Part shown: in pieces, positions 20,210 to 30,366 of the stretch
Numbering within the stretch: position 1 is the first letter of the stretch
Layout: every line of letters begins with the position of its first letter
IMG/VR virus record: IMGVR_UViG_3300027772_001865
Coordinates: 17,427-81,426 of that record
Direction: 5' to 3' (one strand)
Origin: a virus
Lineage: Duplodnaviria; Caudoviricetes
Length of the DNA stretch: 64,000 nt
Program-made: the position numbers and the translations under genes
Notes under the pieces: generated by a model
Database searches by the model: none
What the model saw: only the letters and a program-made list of their open reading frames with translations
Told to the model about the DNA's origin: nothing

Positions 20210-21912
20210 TGAACGTTGACGCCAAGCTCGCAGAACTGCGTGGCATGCACACTGTACTGGAAGTGGTAGATTTGTCTACTTGGTCCAGTGATTATGAATC
20301 AAGTTTAGCCGAGCTAACGCAACGTTGCCGCGAGTTATATCAAGACACTTATCAGGATGACCAACGTATTGTGTTTGTACACACCAAAGATTACTATGTA
20401 AAGAACAATGATCAGGCAGGATTAATTACAAAAAATCTTCAATTGATTTTGAACAATATTGATATCAGCAACTATTTTGTGGTAGTACTCAGTACCACTG
20501 CTACAGAAGACGCTGCCGCTGTAGCCCAACAACTGAGTTCAGATCCTGTGCCAATCACATGGTATTCAATTGCTGGAGAATTTGAGAGAATTGATTTAGA
20601 AAAGCATCCGCACAGTATCAAAGAAACATATCAATACGGCAGCGCAAATCCACTCAAGATCAGTTTAGATGAATTGTCAGACAGAGAAAAATATTTGTTG
20701 ACACAATCTAAAACGTTCTGCATGTATCCCTGGATTCATTTACATGCCTGGCCAACTGGACAAGCATTTCCCTGTTGTCATGCCAAAGCAGGAGCAGGAC
20801 AAGTAGGCAATTGCCGCACTCACACCATGAAACAGATATGGAACAGTGATCAACTGCGCAAATTACGCACAGACATGCTGAGTGAAACACCCAATGCGGC
20901 CTGCGGGCGATGTTACGAACAAGAAAACTCTGGATTTTTCTCAGGCCGCCAGTCAGCAAACAAACATCACGGACATCATATAGATCGGGTCAACAAAACT
21001 CATGAAGATGGACATTTTGATCAGTTTGAATTAACTTATTGGGATGTTCGCTTTAGTAACCTGTGCAATTTAAAATGCCGTAGTTGCGGACATGTCTTTA
21101 GCTCACAGTGGTATCAAGATCAAGCCAAGCTAACACTTGATCAATCCTGGAAAGAAAAGAACTCGGTATTAAACTATGCTGGCCGTACAGAAACAGACAT
21201 GTGGGAACAACTAGAACCACACCTGGACTATGTAGAGCAGATCTATTTTGCTGGGGGTGAACCTTTGTTAATGGAAGAACACTATCGTATTCTAGACGAA
21301 TTAGTAAAGCGCAAGAAATTTGATGTAAGATTGACATATAACACAAACTTTACACACACTGACTTAAAGGGCAAAAGTGTATTTGAATATTGGAAACAGT
21401 TTAACTCAGTAGCAGTTGGAGCAAGTCTAGACGATTCAGGCACACGTGGCGAATACATGCGCAAAGGCACCGACTGGGCAGTGGTGGAACAAAATCGTAG
21501 AGACATGTTGCGCATCTGTCCTGAGGTGGACTTTTACATTAGCCCTACACTTAGCATTATGAATGCCATGCACTTGACTGACTTCCATAGAGACTGGGTG
21601 GAAAAAGGCCTGTTAAAACCGCAGGATCTAAATGTAAACATCTTGCAGGATCCTGTTGAATATAGAATAGACATTGCTACTCCTGAATACAAGCAACAGA
21701 TCAAACAAAAGTTTGAACAACATCTTGAATGGTTGCGTCCGCAAGATCCCTTGCAAAGAGCCACAGTGGGATTTGAGTCAGCAATCAACTACCTGATGAG
21801 CAAAGATAATTCATCACTGATTCCTGCATTCTGGAGTAAGACTGAGGCATTAGATGACGTACGACAAGAAAACATCCTAGACATTATTCCAGAATTAAAG
21901 GCATTAAAATGA
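20206..21912 (+). CDS. Radical SAM protein (twitch-rSAM) with extra N-terminal domain of about 160 aa, 568 aa
   Basis: FCMYPW...PCC...CGRCY, then CNLKCRSC and FAGGEP. Confidence 0.85.
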   Translation: MMNVDAKLAELRGMHTVLEVVDLSTWSSDYESSLAELTQRCRELYQDTYQDDQRIVFVHTKDYYVKNNDQAGLITKNLQLILNNIDISNYFVVVLSTTATEDAAAVAQQLSSDPVPITWYSIAGEFERIDLEKHPHSIKETYQYGSANPLKISLDELSDREKYLLTQSKTFCMYPWIHLHAWPTGQAFPCCHAKAGAGQVGNCRTHTMKQIWNSDQLRKLRTDMLSETPNAACGRCYEQENSGFFSGRQSANKHHGHHIDRVNKTHEDGHFDQFELTYWDVRFSNLCNLKCRSCGHVFSSQWYQDQAKLTLDQSWKEKNSVLNYAGRTETDMWEQLEPHLDYVEQIYFAGGEPLLMEEHYRILDELVKRKKFDVRLTYNTNFTHTDLKGKSVFEYWKQFNSVAVGASLDDSGTRGEYMRKGTDWAVVEQNRRDMLRICPEVDFYISPTLSIMNAMHLTDFHRDWVEKGLLKPQDLNVNILQDPVEYRIDIATPEYKQQIKQKFEQHLEWLRPQDPLQRATVGFESAINYLMSKDNSSLIPAFWSKTEALDDVRQENILDIIPELKALK

Positions 21913-23126
21913 ATATCCCTCACGATAAATTCTGCGTACTACCTTGGATCAGCTTAGAAGCCAGCCCCATTGGTACAGTACGTCCCTGTTGTTTGGCTGA
22001 TGATGAAATTGTCGACGATGCAGGCAACAAGTTTGAGCTACTCACAGCCAACTTCTCTGAAATTCAAAATTCATCTCATATGCGTAGTTTGCGACAGCAG
22101 TTCCTTGATGGTGAAAAGCCGCAGACATGTCGTAAATGTTTCAACGAAGAACGTTCAGGTAGAACCAGCAAACGCATGCACACACTCAACAGGCTCAAAC
22201 ACATGTTGCCTGATCAAGAATGGACAACAGATGCCAAACCCTTGATGTTCTTAGATCTCAAGCTGGGCAACATTTGTAATTTGAAATGCCGCATATGCGG
22301 ATCATGGAGCAGTTCACAGTTTGCCACAGAAGAACTAAATCAAATGCACTCCAATGAGGAGAAAAAAGCCAGCTTGCCTTATCAGATGTTACGTGCAGGA
22401 GCCTGGCCTCGGGAAAATCAGAAGTTCTGGCAACAAATTGAATCAGTGTTGACTGATATTCGTTACATTGAATTCACAGGCGGTGAACCCTTTATGATTC
22501 AAGAGCACTTTGATATGTTGCAAGGACTTGTAGACCGTGGCATTGCGCACAATGTAGAAATACACTACAACACAAATGGCACACACTGGCCCGAGAACGC
22601 ACCTGAAATTTGGCGTCATTTTAAACTGGTTGAGATTGCATTGTCAATAGATGATGTAGGCGAACGTTTTGAATACCAACGCAGTAATGCTGTATGGACC
22701 GAGGTTGAACAAAACGTGAGCCGTTTTGCAGAACTAAAGGCACAAAGCACCAATATTGAATTACAATGCTGTACCACAGTAAATGTATTCAATGTGCGTT
22801 ACTTAGAACAGGTTGCTGCCTGGATTGATCAGCAGGCATTTGATTTTGTGTACTGGAATATGATGCACGACGCCTGGTACTTCTCTATTGCAACCTTGCC
22901 CGATGAAGCCAAAGCAGGAATTACTGCACACTTACAATCTGCACAGTTTCCCGAACGTTTTCGCGGTGAAATTAACAACATCATTGAGTTTATGAATCGT
23001 GGCGCTTCGACAGACGGCAACATCTTGAAGATGCGTGTGCGTGATCTAGATCGAAAACGTTCACAAGACATGGCGCAGATACAACCAGAATTTGCCGAGT
23101 TAATTAACTATAAGTATGCCACTTAA
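21909..23126 (+). CDS. Radical SAM protein (twitch-rSAM), 405 aa
   Basis: FCVLPW...VRPCC...CRKCF, then CNLKCRIC and FTGGEP. Confidence 0.85.
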   Translation: MNIPHDKFCVLPWISLEASPIGTVRPCCLADDEIVDDAGNKFELLTANFSEIQNSSHMRSLRQQFLDGEKPQTCRKCFNEERSGRTSKRMHTLNRLKHMLPDQEWTTDAKPLMFLDLKLGNICNLKCRICGSWSSSQFATEELNQMHSNEEKKASLPYQMLRAGAWPRENQKFWQQIESVLTDIRYIEFTGGEPFMIQEHFDMLQGLVDRGIAHNVEIHYNTNGTHWPENAPEIWRHFKLVEIALSIDDVGERFEYQRSNAVWTEVEQNVSRFAELKAQSTNIELQCCTTVNVFNVRYLEQVAAWIDQQAFDFVYWNMMHDAWYFSIATLPDEAKAGITAHLQSAQFPERFRGEINNIIEFMNRGASTDGNILKMRVRDLDRKRSQDMAQIQPEFAELINYKYAT

Positions 23127-24054
23127 ATTGCTGTTGCACAACAATGATCGTAATTCGTTTTCTCACAGTCATGTGCAGACACAGTTACGGAAACATTTTG
23201 ATATTGTCGCTTGGCAGCCAAATACCATGTACAGCAGAGATCATGTGTTGGTCGTAGACTCATTCAAGTTACATCGTGTTGATCCTAATTATTGGTACGT
23301 ATCTTATCTCAGAGACGGATATAAAGTACTAGTGGACAACATGTGGGAAATACCAAATTTTATAGACACTCATTTTCCCAGTGATGACCTGGGTTACCAT
23401 GTGATGCAAAACACCAATTGGTTCTGGTACAACGAATCCATGATGTACTCTGAATCAGGATTGGATCAATACTGCCCAAATAAAACATATGACCGTCTGG
23501 CTCTCATGCCCATGCGCATTGGCCGTGGACATCGTCGTGATCTTGTGATTGAACTAAGCAGTGTCCTGGACAATCTTATCTGGAGTTTTAATGCACACGG
23601 TCGTCAATTGCCCGACGATTTACCACAAGACCATCCAGACTATCAGAGACATTTTAATCCTGCCTGGTATGATCGCACACATTTCAGCATAGTGGCCGAG
23701 AGTCAGACTGACAACCCTGAAATGTTTATCACGGAAAAGACATTTAAACCCATGGCGTTTTATCACCCGTATGTTGTGATGGCACAAGCAGGTGTATTAA
23801 ATTACCTGCGTACACAAGGATTTGAAACGTTTAACAACCTGTTTGACGAAACATATGATACCATAACAGACTATTACCCTAGATTATTAGCAGTAACAGA
23901 TGCAGTTAAACGCTATGCGTGTGTGCCCTATGATGCCATAACACACCAAAAGCTCGCACACAATCACAATCGTTTCTTTGATCAAAAACTAGTACAAGAT
24001 CGTTTTGTTAAAGAAATAATTAATCCTATTATGGAGTATGCTGAATCATTATGA
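23116..24054 (+). CDS. GT-B/GT10-like putative glycosyltransferase, 312 aa
   Basis: FSIVAES...ITEKTFKPM...HPY...LRTQGFETF...DETYD. Confidence 0.5.
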   Translation: MPLKLLLHNNDRNSFSHSHVQTQLRKHFDIVAWQPNTMYSRDHVLVVDSFKLHRVDPNYWYVSYLRDGYKVLVDNMWEIPNFIDTHFPSDDLGYHVMQNTNWFWYNESMMYSESGLDQYCPNKTYDRLALMPMRIGRGHRRDLVIELSSVLDNLIWSFNAHGRQLPDDLPQDHPDYQRHFNPAWYDRTHFSIVAESQTDNPEMFITEKTFKPMAFYHPYVVMAQAGVLNYLRTQGFETFNNLFDETYDTITDYYPRLLAVTDAVKRYACVPYDAITHQKLAHNHNRFFDQKLVQDRFVKEIINPIMEYAESL

Positions 24055-25298
24055 CACCACCAACTGAAAATTTTTGCATCATTCCCTGGTTTGGCATTGA
24101 AACCACTCCTATAGGTACTGTTAGACCTTGTTGTCTTGCACGTGAGGAAATCATTGATGACAATGGTATTTCTTTTGATCTCCACTCAAGCACATTTGAT
24201 CAAATTCAAAATAGTCAGTACATGAAGGATCTGCGACAACAATTCCTGGACAACAAACGCCCCCCAACATGTGGCAGTTGTTGGAATGTTGAAGTTGCTG
24301 GACACAAGAGCAAACGATTACAAACCTTGGAATCTATTCTTGCTAGACAAGTTAGCGAACAGACCTGGACCACAAACCCTATTCCGTTAAAATATGTTGA
24401 TCTGAAATTGGGCAATATATGTAATTTAAAATGTCGTATATGCGGATCTTTTAGCAGTAGTCAAATTGCCTCCGAAAGTCTAGCAAGTTTGCCGTCACAT
24501 AATGTCAAAGGCTTTCCAATTATTCATGACAAAAAGAACATGAATGAATACAAAATGCTTCGTCAGGGTGCATGGCCCAGGGAAAGTGCTGTGTTTTGGG
24601 ACGAATTAGAAAAAGTACTGGGGCAAATTAAAAAATTTGATATATCAGGCGGTGAGCCTTTCTTGATCGAAGAGCATTTTGAAATGTTGCGTAATATGGT
24701 TGTTAACGGCCACTCACACGATACTGAAATATATTACAACTCAAATGGCACAGTGTATCCCGAGCAAGCTGAGGATATTTGGAAAGATTTTCAAACAGTA
24801 AAAATTGCTCTGAGCCTTGATGACATTGGGGCTAGATATGAATATCAAAGATCCAACGGAAATTGGGACGTGATATTAAGCAACTTGGAAAAGTTTAGAC
24901 AACTGCGAGCAAGGCATGGTAATATTGAACTAGAAGCAGGCTGTACTGTAAGCATATATAATGTGTTATATCTAGTAGAAATACTAGATTGTTTACAAAC
25001 ACAATCTCTTGATTTTGTACACATAAATTTTTTGCATTACAATCCAATGTTGAGCATTGCTAATTTACCTCAGACAATCAAAGATCAAATAATAACTCAT
25101 TTGATCACTGCTAATCAAACTGCCAATCATAATGAAATTTCTGTTGTGATCAATTTTATGCGGCAAGGAAACAGTAAAAATGACATACTAGACACTCTGG
25201 CATACATGAAGCATATTGATCAACTTAGATCAACTCATCTGTGGGATTCTTCTCCTGAACTTGCAAAAATACTAAATTACCAGTATAATATACAATGA
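24051..25298 (+). CDS. Radical SAM protein (twitch-rSAM), close paralog of 21909 gene, 415 aa
   Basis: Shares PIGTVRPCCLA, DLKLGNICNLKCRICGS, GAWPRE and GGEPFxIxEHF with the 21909 gene. Confidence 0.85.
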   Translation: MTPPTENFCIIPWFGIETTPIGTVRPCCLAREEIIDDNGISFDLHSSTFDQIQNSQYMKDLRQQFLDNKRPPTCGSCWNVEVAGHKSKRLQTLESILARQVSEQTWTTNPIPLKYVDLKLGNICNLKCRICGSFSSSQIASESLASLPSHNVKGFPIIHDKKNMNEYKMLRQGAWPRESAVFWDELEKVLGQIKKFDISGGEPFLIEEHFEMLRNMVVNGHSHDTEIYYNSNGTVYPEQAEDIWKDFQTVKIALSLDDIGARYEYQRSNGNWDVILSNLEKFRQLRARHGNIELEAGCTVSIYNVLYLVEILDCLQTQSLDFVHINFLHYNPMLSIANLPQTIKDQIITHLITANQTANHNEISVVINFMRQGNSKNDILDTLAYMKHIDQLRSTHLWDSSPELAKILNYQYNIQ

Positions 25299-27733
25299 GT
25301 AATTCTTTAAACAAACCCTTGTGTGTTTTGCCATTTATGCATGGTCTAATGGACACAACGGACCAACTGTTACCATGTTGTGCGTACAATCATCGGCACG
25401 GTAAACAATATCATGTACATGAGTTTGATACCTGGTGGGAATCAGGATTAACGGAAATTAGACAAGACATGCTTGCTGGCCGAAAACACGAAGGCTGCAA
25501 TCGTTGTTGGAAAGAAGAAGAACAAGGAATATTAAGTTACCGCCAACGACAGAATGAATATTGGGCTCAATATCAAAATATCCAACAGCCGCTGCCCAAA
25601 CCTGTGTTTTTAATGATGGGCATTGGCAACTATTGCAATATTAAATGTATCATGTGTTCTCCACAAAAAAGCAGCTTATGGGCAGAGGAGTACGAAAAGA
25701 ATCAAAAAGCATTCAAAAAAATTAATATACACTTTACTCACTACAATAACGGCTCTTGGAGTGAACCAGAAAAAATTGAACGTCTATTAGATCATGTGGC
25801 CACTGATGTGGAAATGTTGCACTTCAGCGGCGGCGAGCCACTTATTACCCCAGAATACAAACAAGTGTTACGTTCAGTTATCAATCCTAGCAACGTTGAA
25901 CTACACATCAATACCAATCTCACCATGCTCAGTGAAGACTGGATAACATTGCTGAAACAGTTTAAAACAACAATCAATGTGAGTCTTGAAGGTGTGGGCG
26001 AGAAAAATGACTATGTCAGAGAAGGATCTGACTGGTCTGTATTAGTACGCAACATAAACCGTCTTAAAGCGGCAGGAATATATGTTGCTGTATGTCATGC
26101 ATTCAGTAGAACCAGTTTATTGGCCTTGCCAGAACTGTTGGAGTTTTGTACAGATAACAATTTACAAATCAGTTTCACTCAGTTGACATATCCGCCGTAT
26201 TTGCAGGTGGCTGGTGCACCAGATTCAGAAAAACAACAATTTTTAACAGCATTAAACTGTATGAAATACCCAAACCACACGGCACCAGAAATTTTTGTTT
26301 ACGAAGACATTGTAAAAACAACCAAGTATGATGTAGAAAAAGATATTGCATTTTGGAAATTTATAGATACCATGGACCAATTACACAATAAAAACTATCA
26401 AGAAATCTTCAAGGTCACTCCACAATCTGTGACTGATAGAAAGGTCGATACATTTTGCATGGCACCTTGGACACACACCTATCTGAGTCCACAAACTGAA
26501 CGAAGAATATGCTGTGCGTCAAGGGAACCTGCTCAGAGTTTTAAACAATACATTGATACCGCAGCCGGCACAGGCAAATACATGCCTATCACACTGGATG
26601 AACACTGGAATGGAGATCACATGCGCAGTGTACGTCGTCGTATGTTGGCTGGGGAAACCTTGCCCGAGTGTGAAGTATGCAATAACAAACTGTTGAATAC
26701 TGATGTGTACAGAAGTTATTTTACGCATCTGTTCAAACACAAAATTGATGAAGTGTACAGTTCAACTGACGAAACTGGTTATACCACAATGCAGCCAGTG
26801 AGTTGGGACTATCGTTTCAGTAATCTCTGCAACTTTAAATGCAGAACCTGCGGAGACATGTTATCAAGTGCCTGGGAAACAGAACAAAAGCAACATGACA
26901 TGACGGATTGGGCCAATCCCAAGAACAACTGGATGCGTCCTGAAATAAGAAACGAAATTTCAGCATTTCAAGATCAGCAAATTGAACAAGAGTTTAGTGA
27001 CGCTGTGGAACAACACCGTGTGGAAGAAATATACTGGGTAGGCGGTGAGCCCTTGATGTTTGAACAGCATTGGCGGTATATGAAACGCATAGTAGATCTG
27101 AGAGACGGCCCACGTGTGTATGCACGATATAACACCAATCTCAGCAGGGTAGATTACAAAGGAGTGAATCTTTATCGAGACATTCTTGCTCATATTCGCG
27201 ACTGGCAGATTTGTGCCAGCCTAGATGGTACAGGCACCACAGGAGAGTACATACGCACAGGATTAAATTATGCAGAATTCTGCAGAAACTTTGAACAAGG
27301 TATTGCTATAAAACGCCACAAGAGACAAATGCGACTAGACTTCACACTCACACTGCCGGGCATGACAGAAATTTTAGCCATGGAACAGTTGGCTGCATCA
27401 TACGATGTAGAACTATTGGCCAAACTTATATTCAGCTTCACTCCAGAGATCATTATGAGCCCTTTAGCAATGCCCAGGACGTTATTAATGAACTGGATCA
27501 CGGATCTGTTGCCACAATGTCAGACTGAAGTCATGCGTGATATGCTGTTGCAATTGCAGTCTAGACCAACATTTGAAGAACAGTGGCCAAATATATATCA
27601 ACAAGAATTAATAAAAGGCAAAACTCGTGTGTTACGATTAGAAAGCATACGTACATCGCCCACTAGCATGGCTACAATATTGAGTGAAAGACCCGATGTC
27701 AAAGAATGGTGGAACAAAATTGGAACAAATTGA
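25295..27733 (+). CDS. Tandem double twitch-radical SAM fusion protein, 812 aa
   Basis: Unit 1: CVLPF...PCC, CNIKCIMC, FSGGEP. Unit 2: CMAPW...ICC, CNFKCRTC, WVGGEP. Confidence 0.85.
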   Translation: MSNSLNKPLCVLPFMHGLMDTTDQLLPCCAYNHRHGKQYHVHEFDTWWESGLTEIRQDMLAGRKHEGCNRCWKEEEQGILSYRQRQNEYWAQYQNIQQPLPKPVFLMMGIGNYCNIKCIMCSPQKSSLWAEEYEKNQKAFKKINIHFTHYNNGSWSEPEKIERLLDHVATDVEMLHFSGGEPLITPEYKQVLRSVINPSNVELHINTNLTMLSEDWITLLKQFKTTINVSLEGVGEKNDYVREGSDWSVLVRNINRLKAAGIYVAVCHAFSRTSLLALPELLEFCTDNNLQISFTQLTYPPYLQVAGAPDSEKQQFLTALNCMKYPNHTAPEIFVYEDIVKTTKYDVEKDIAFWKFIDTMDQLHNKNYQEIFKVTPQSVTDRKVDTFCMAPWTHTYLSPQTERRICCASREPAQSFKQYIDTAAGTGKYMPITLDEHWNGDHMRSVRRRMLAGETLPECEVCNNKLLNTDVYRSYFTHLFKHKIDEVYSSTDETGYTTMQPVSWDYRFSNLCNFKCRTCGDMLSSAWETEQKQHDMTDWANPKNNWMRPEIRNEISAFQDQQIEQEFSDAVEQHRVEEIYWVGGEPLMFEQHWRYMKRIVDLRDGPRVYARYNTNLSRVDYKGVNLYRDILAHIRDWQICASLDGTGTTGEYIRTGLNYAEFCRNFEQGIAIKRHKRQMRLDFTLTLPGMTEILAMEQLAASYDVELLAKLIFSFTPEIIMSPLAMPRTLLMNWITDLLPQCQTEVMRDMLLQLQSRPTFEEQWPNIYQQELIKGKTRVLRLESIRTSPTSMATILSERPDVKEWWNKIGTN

Positions 27734-28790
27734 AATAACTTTAAGAAACACTAACACAGGGGATCTGCTGCCGGTGTATATAGATGTAGAAGATAACAGC
27801 CTAAGTCGTCGTTGGTTAACGGCATTAAATGAATTACTGGAAAAGAATTTCCATTTAGAAAAGAACTACTGTTGGTTTGGCTGGCATGCAGGACCTAGAA
27901 CAGCAGAGTACGTATGTGATCAAATCAATCGATCAATTGCGGCCATCAATGCCGCGGACATGGGCTATCAAATTACAGATCATTTTGATACCATCAACAC
28001 CATTACAGCAGGTGCAGTGGGTGACGGCTTGCCAGGCGGCAAACTCATACACAAAAAACTAAATCAATTGCACCGCTACTTTGAAGACCTACAGGGAGTG
28101 TCGGGTGCAATGAGTCCATTTTACACTCGTGCAGATGCCGCCACACGTTGGCATATTCGTCAGTTAAATTTGCTGTGTCACGAATATGAAAGTCTAGTGC
28201 TGAGCATGCGCAAGGCACACTATGCTCCAGAATGGGTGCGTCCCAGTCAGCTCATGTGCTGGTTAAATGCGCCACGATTTGAACTAGAACCTGAAGACTA
28301 TGAACTGTTTGGCATAGAAACAATCAATCGCAAGTTAGGCGGAGTGTATGTGGGTGTGAACAAAGCAGTGGGCAAACACCACTGGGAAGTGTTTCACGAT
28401 GAAGGTAGAGACAGTCGCATAGACGAATTAACCACAACGACACTAAGAGCACAAACAGAAGCCGCAGGAGATTTTGACATAGAGTGGGCACGAGATCCGG
28501 GCGCTTACCCTTGGCAGATCAAACAGTTGGCACAGTTTCGGGAGTGGCTGATGATCAATGGATTCGATCCTGAAAACAAAGCACTCACTATAGGACACCC
28601 TCAAGTGGCACAAGTGAACTTGATCAAGACATTTGGTACAGACGATGCTGCCACAATCTGGACCATGTTAAATGACTATTTAGATGTGTATAAAATAACA
28701 ACTAGCCAGGCCGGTGCTATATACAACTATCACTGGAGCGATGCTGACTTTGGTGAACGTCAGATACGGTGTATCACAAAAGGACCTTAA
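27720..28790 (+). CDS. Hypothetical protein, about 356 aa
   Basis: Long ORF inside the operon. TTG at 27720 chosen (GGTGG upstream); the alternatives are 27684 and 27696. No family recognised. Confidence 0.65.
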   Translation: MEQIEITLRNTNTGDLLPVYIDVEDNSLSRRWLTALNELLEKNFHLEKNYCWFGWHAGPRTAEYVCDQINRSIAAINAADMGYQITDHFDTINTITAGAVGDGLPGGKLIHKKLNQLHRYFEDLQGVSGAMSPFYTRADAATRWHIRQLNLLCHEYESLVLSMRKAHYAPEWVRPSQLMCWLNAPRFELEPEDYELFGIETINRKLGGVYVGVNKAVGKHHWEVFHDEGRDSRIDELTTTTLRAQTEAAGDFDIEWARDPGAYPWQIKQLAQFREWLMINGFDPENKALTIGHPQVAQVNLIKTFGTDDAATIWTMLNDYLDVYKITTSQAGAIYNYHWSDADFGERQIRCITKGP

Positions 28791-28791
28791 T

Positions 28792-28893
28792 ATGAACTGG
28801 CTCAAAAACTTATACAATAGAATTCGTTTAGAAATTCGATACCGCAAGAAGCTAAAAGAACTGCGCAAACGAGATCCATTTATCTACAAATGA
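28792..28893 (+). CDS. Basic 33-aa micro-protein coupled to the carbamoyltransferase (not in ORF track)
   Basis: MNWLKNLYNRIRLEIRYRKKLKELRKRDPFIYK*. Fills the gap exactly, has an AAGGA SD, and overlaps the 28890 start (ATGA). Confidence 0.7.
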   Translation: MNWLKNLYNRIRLEIRYRKKLKELRKRDPFIYK

Positions 28894-30365
28894 AAATACT
28901 AGGAATTTCAGCAGGGTTTCACGATGCTGCCGCTACTGTGATTAACAATGGTTATATTCTTTTTGCCGGACATAGTGAACGATATTCAAAACAAAAGAAC
29001 GATGCCAATATACACCCAGATCTACTTAAGGATGCACTTGTGTATGGTGTAGATCATGTTGCGTATTACGAGCGTCCCTGGCTTAAACAACTGCGACAGT
29101 GGTATGCAGGACAGGGCCTGGAGTGGGATAAAGTCACGCTGAATCAAGTGTTACAGCAACAGGTCCCAGCGGCTATGTTGTCACATCCTACCACAAGTAC
29201 ACATAATCATCACTTGTGCCATGCGGCAGCAGGATTTCAAACCTCATCCTACGATCGTGCCACAGTGGTGGTAATAGATGCAGTAGGCGAGTTTGACACA
29301 ATAACAATATGGGCAGCAGAATATGATTCAAAAGGCATGGCAAAGTATCGAAAACTTTGGTCACAGCATTATCCACATTCAATTGGACTATTCTACTCTG
29401 CGGCTACTAGCAGTGTTGGCCTACGCCCACTAGACGAAGAATATATCCTAATGGGCATGGCAGCGTATGGTGATGCCACAGCGGCTGTGGGCATGCAAAA
29501 ATTAGTCAAAGACTCTGACCAAATACGATTCTGTGACAATCTACACACCGGCATTGACAGTAAATATCTGCAGGATCTAGAAGAATTTGATATTGCTGCT
29601 GGCACACAAGCCATTGCAGAACAACTAATCATGAGTGTGATGCGCAGAGCACGTGACTTCAAATGGTCCAGCAATTTGGTGTACATGGGTGGGGTTGCTC
29701 TTAACTGTAGCGCCAACAGAAATTTAGGAAAGTTCTTTGATAACATATGGATTATGCCTTGTCCTAGCGACGCTGGCAGTAGCCTGGGCGCGGCAGCATT
29801 GGCTTATGGGAAACAGATACATTGGACCAATGCCTATCTGGGCCATGATATCCCTGGTGATTATCCTGTGGATGATATTATCACTGTCCTGCTACGTGAT
29901 AAAATTGTGGGCGTGGCCAGCGGTCGTGCCGAATTTGGGCCCAGGGCTCTGGGCAATAGATCACTATTGGCAGACCCCCGTGGCGCAGACATAAAGGCAC
30001 GTGTAAATGATATCAAACGACGACAGCAATTCAGACCATTTGCGCCTGTTATTTTAGAAGAACATGCTCATAACTATTTTGACATGCCTTGCAGATTCCC
30101 CAACAGTAGATATATGCAAGTTGTTGCTCGCTGTATACATCCTCACATATTTCCTGCTATCATTCATTATGACCACACTAGTAGGGTACAAACAGTACCA
30201 CCGGATGGTTCTGGAATAAGACAACTGCTAGAAGCATGGTACCGGGCAACAGGTTGTCCCATGTTGCTCAATACTAGTCTAAACATACGAGGCGAACCCA
30301 TGGTAAATGATCGTGCAGATGCTGAACGCTTTGAAGAGTTATACAATGTAAAGGTATGTTCATAA
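28890..30365 (+). CDS. O-carbamoyltransferase, NodU/CmcH/TobZ family, 491 aa
   Basis: GFHDAAA, HHLCHA, GGVALN, GRAEFGPRALGNRSLLADPR, FRPFAP and LLNTSLN. Confidence 0.92.
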   Translation: MKILGISAGFHDAAATVINNGYILFAGHSERYSKQKNDANIHPDLLKDALVYGVDHVAYYERPWLKQLRQWYAGQGLEWDKVTLNQVLQQQVPAAMLSHPTTSTHNHHLCHAAAGFQTSSYDRATVVVIDAVGEFDTITIWAAEYDSKGMAKYRKLWSQHYPHSIGLFYSAATSSVGLRPLDEEYILMGMAAYGDATAAVGMQKLVKDSDQIRFCDNLHTGIDSKYLQDLEEFDIAAGTQAIAEQLIMSVMRRARDFKWSSNLVYMGGVALNCSANRNLGKFFDNIWIMPCPSDAGSSLGAAALAYGKQIHWTNAYLGHDIPGDYPVDDIITVLLRDKIVGVASGRAEFGPRALGNRSLLADPRGADIKARVNDIKRRQQFRPFAPVILEEHAHNYFDMPCRFPNSRYMQVVARCIHPHIFPAIIHYDHTSRVQTVPPDGSGIRQLLEAWYRATGCPMLLNTSLNIRGEPMVNDRADAERFEELYNVKVCS

Positions 30366-30366
30366 T

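Noticed and set aside
27710-27730. Imperfect tandem repeat TGGAACAAAAT/TGGAACAAAT
   Set aside because: A two-copy, 10-11 nt repeat at a gene overlap, explained by coding constraints or a micro-duplication.
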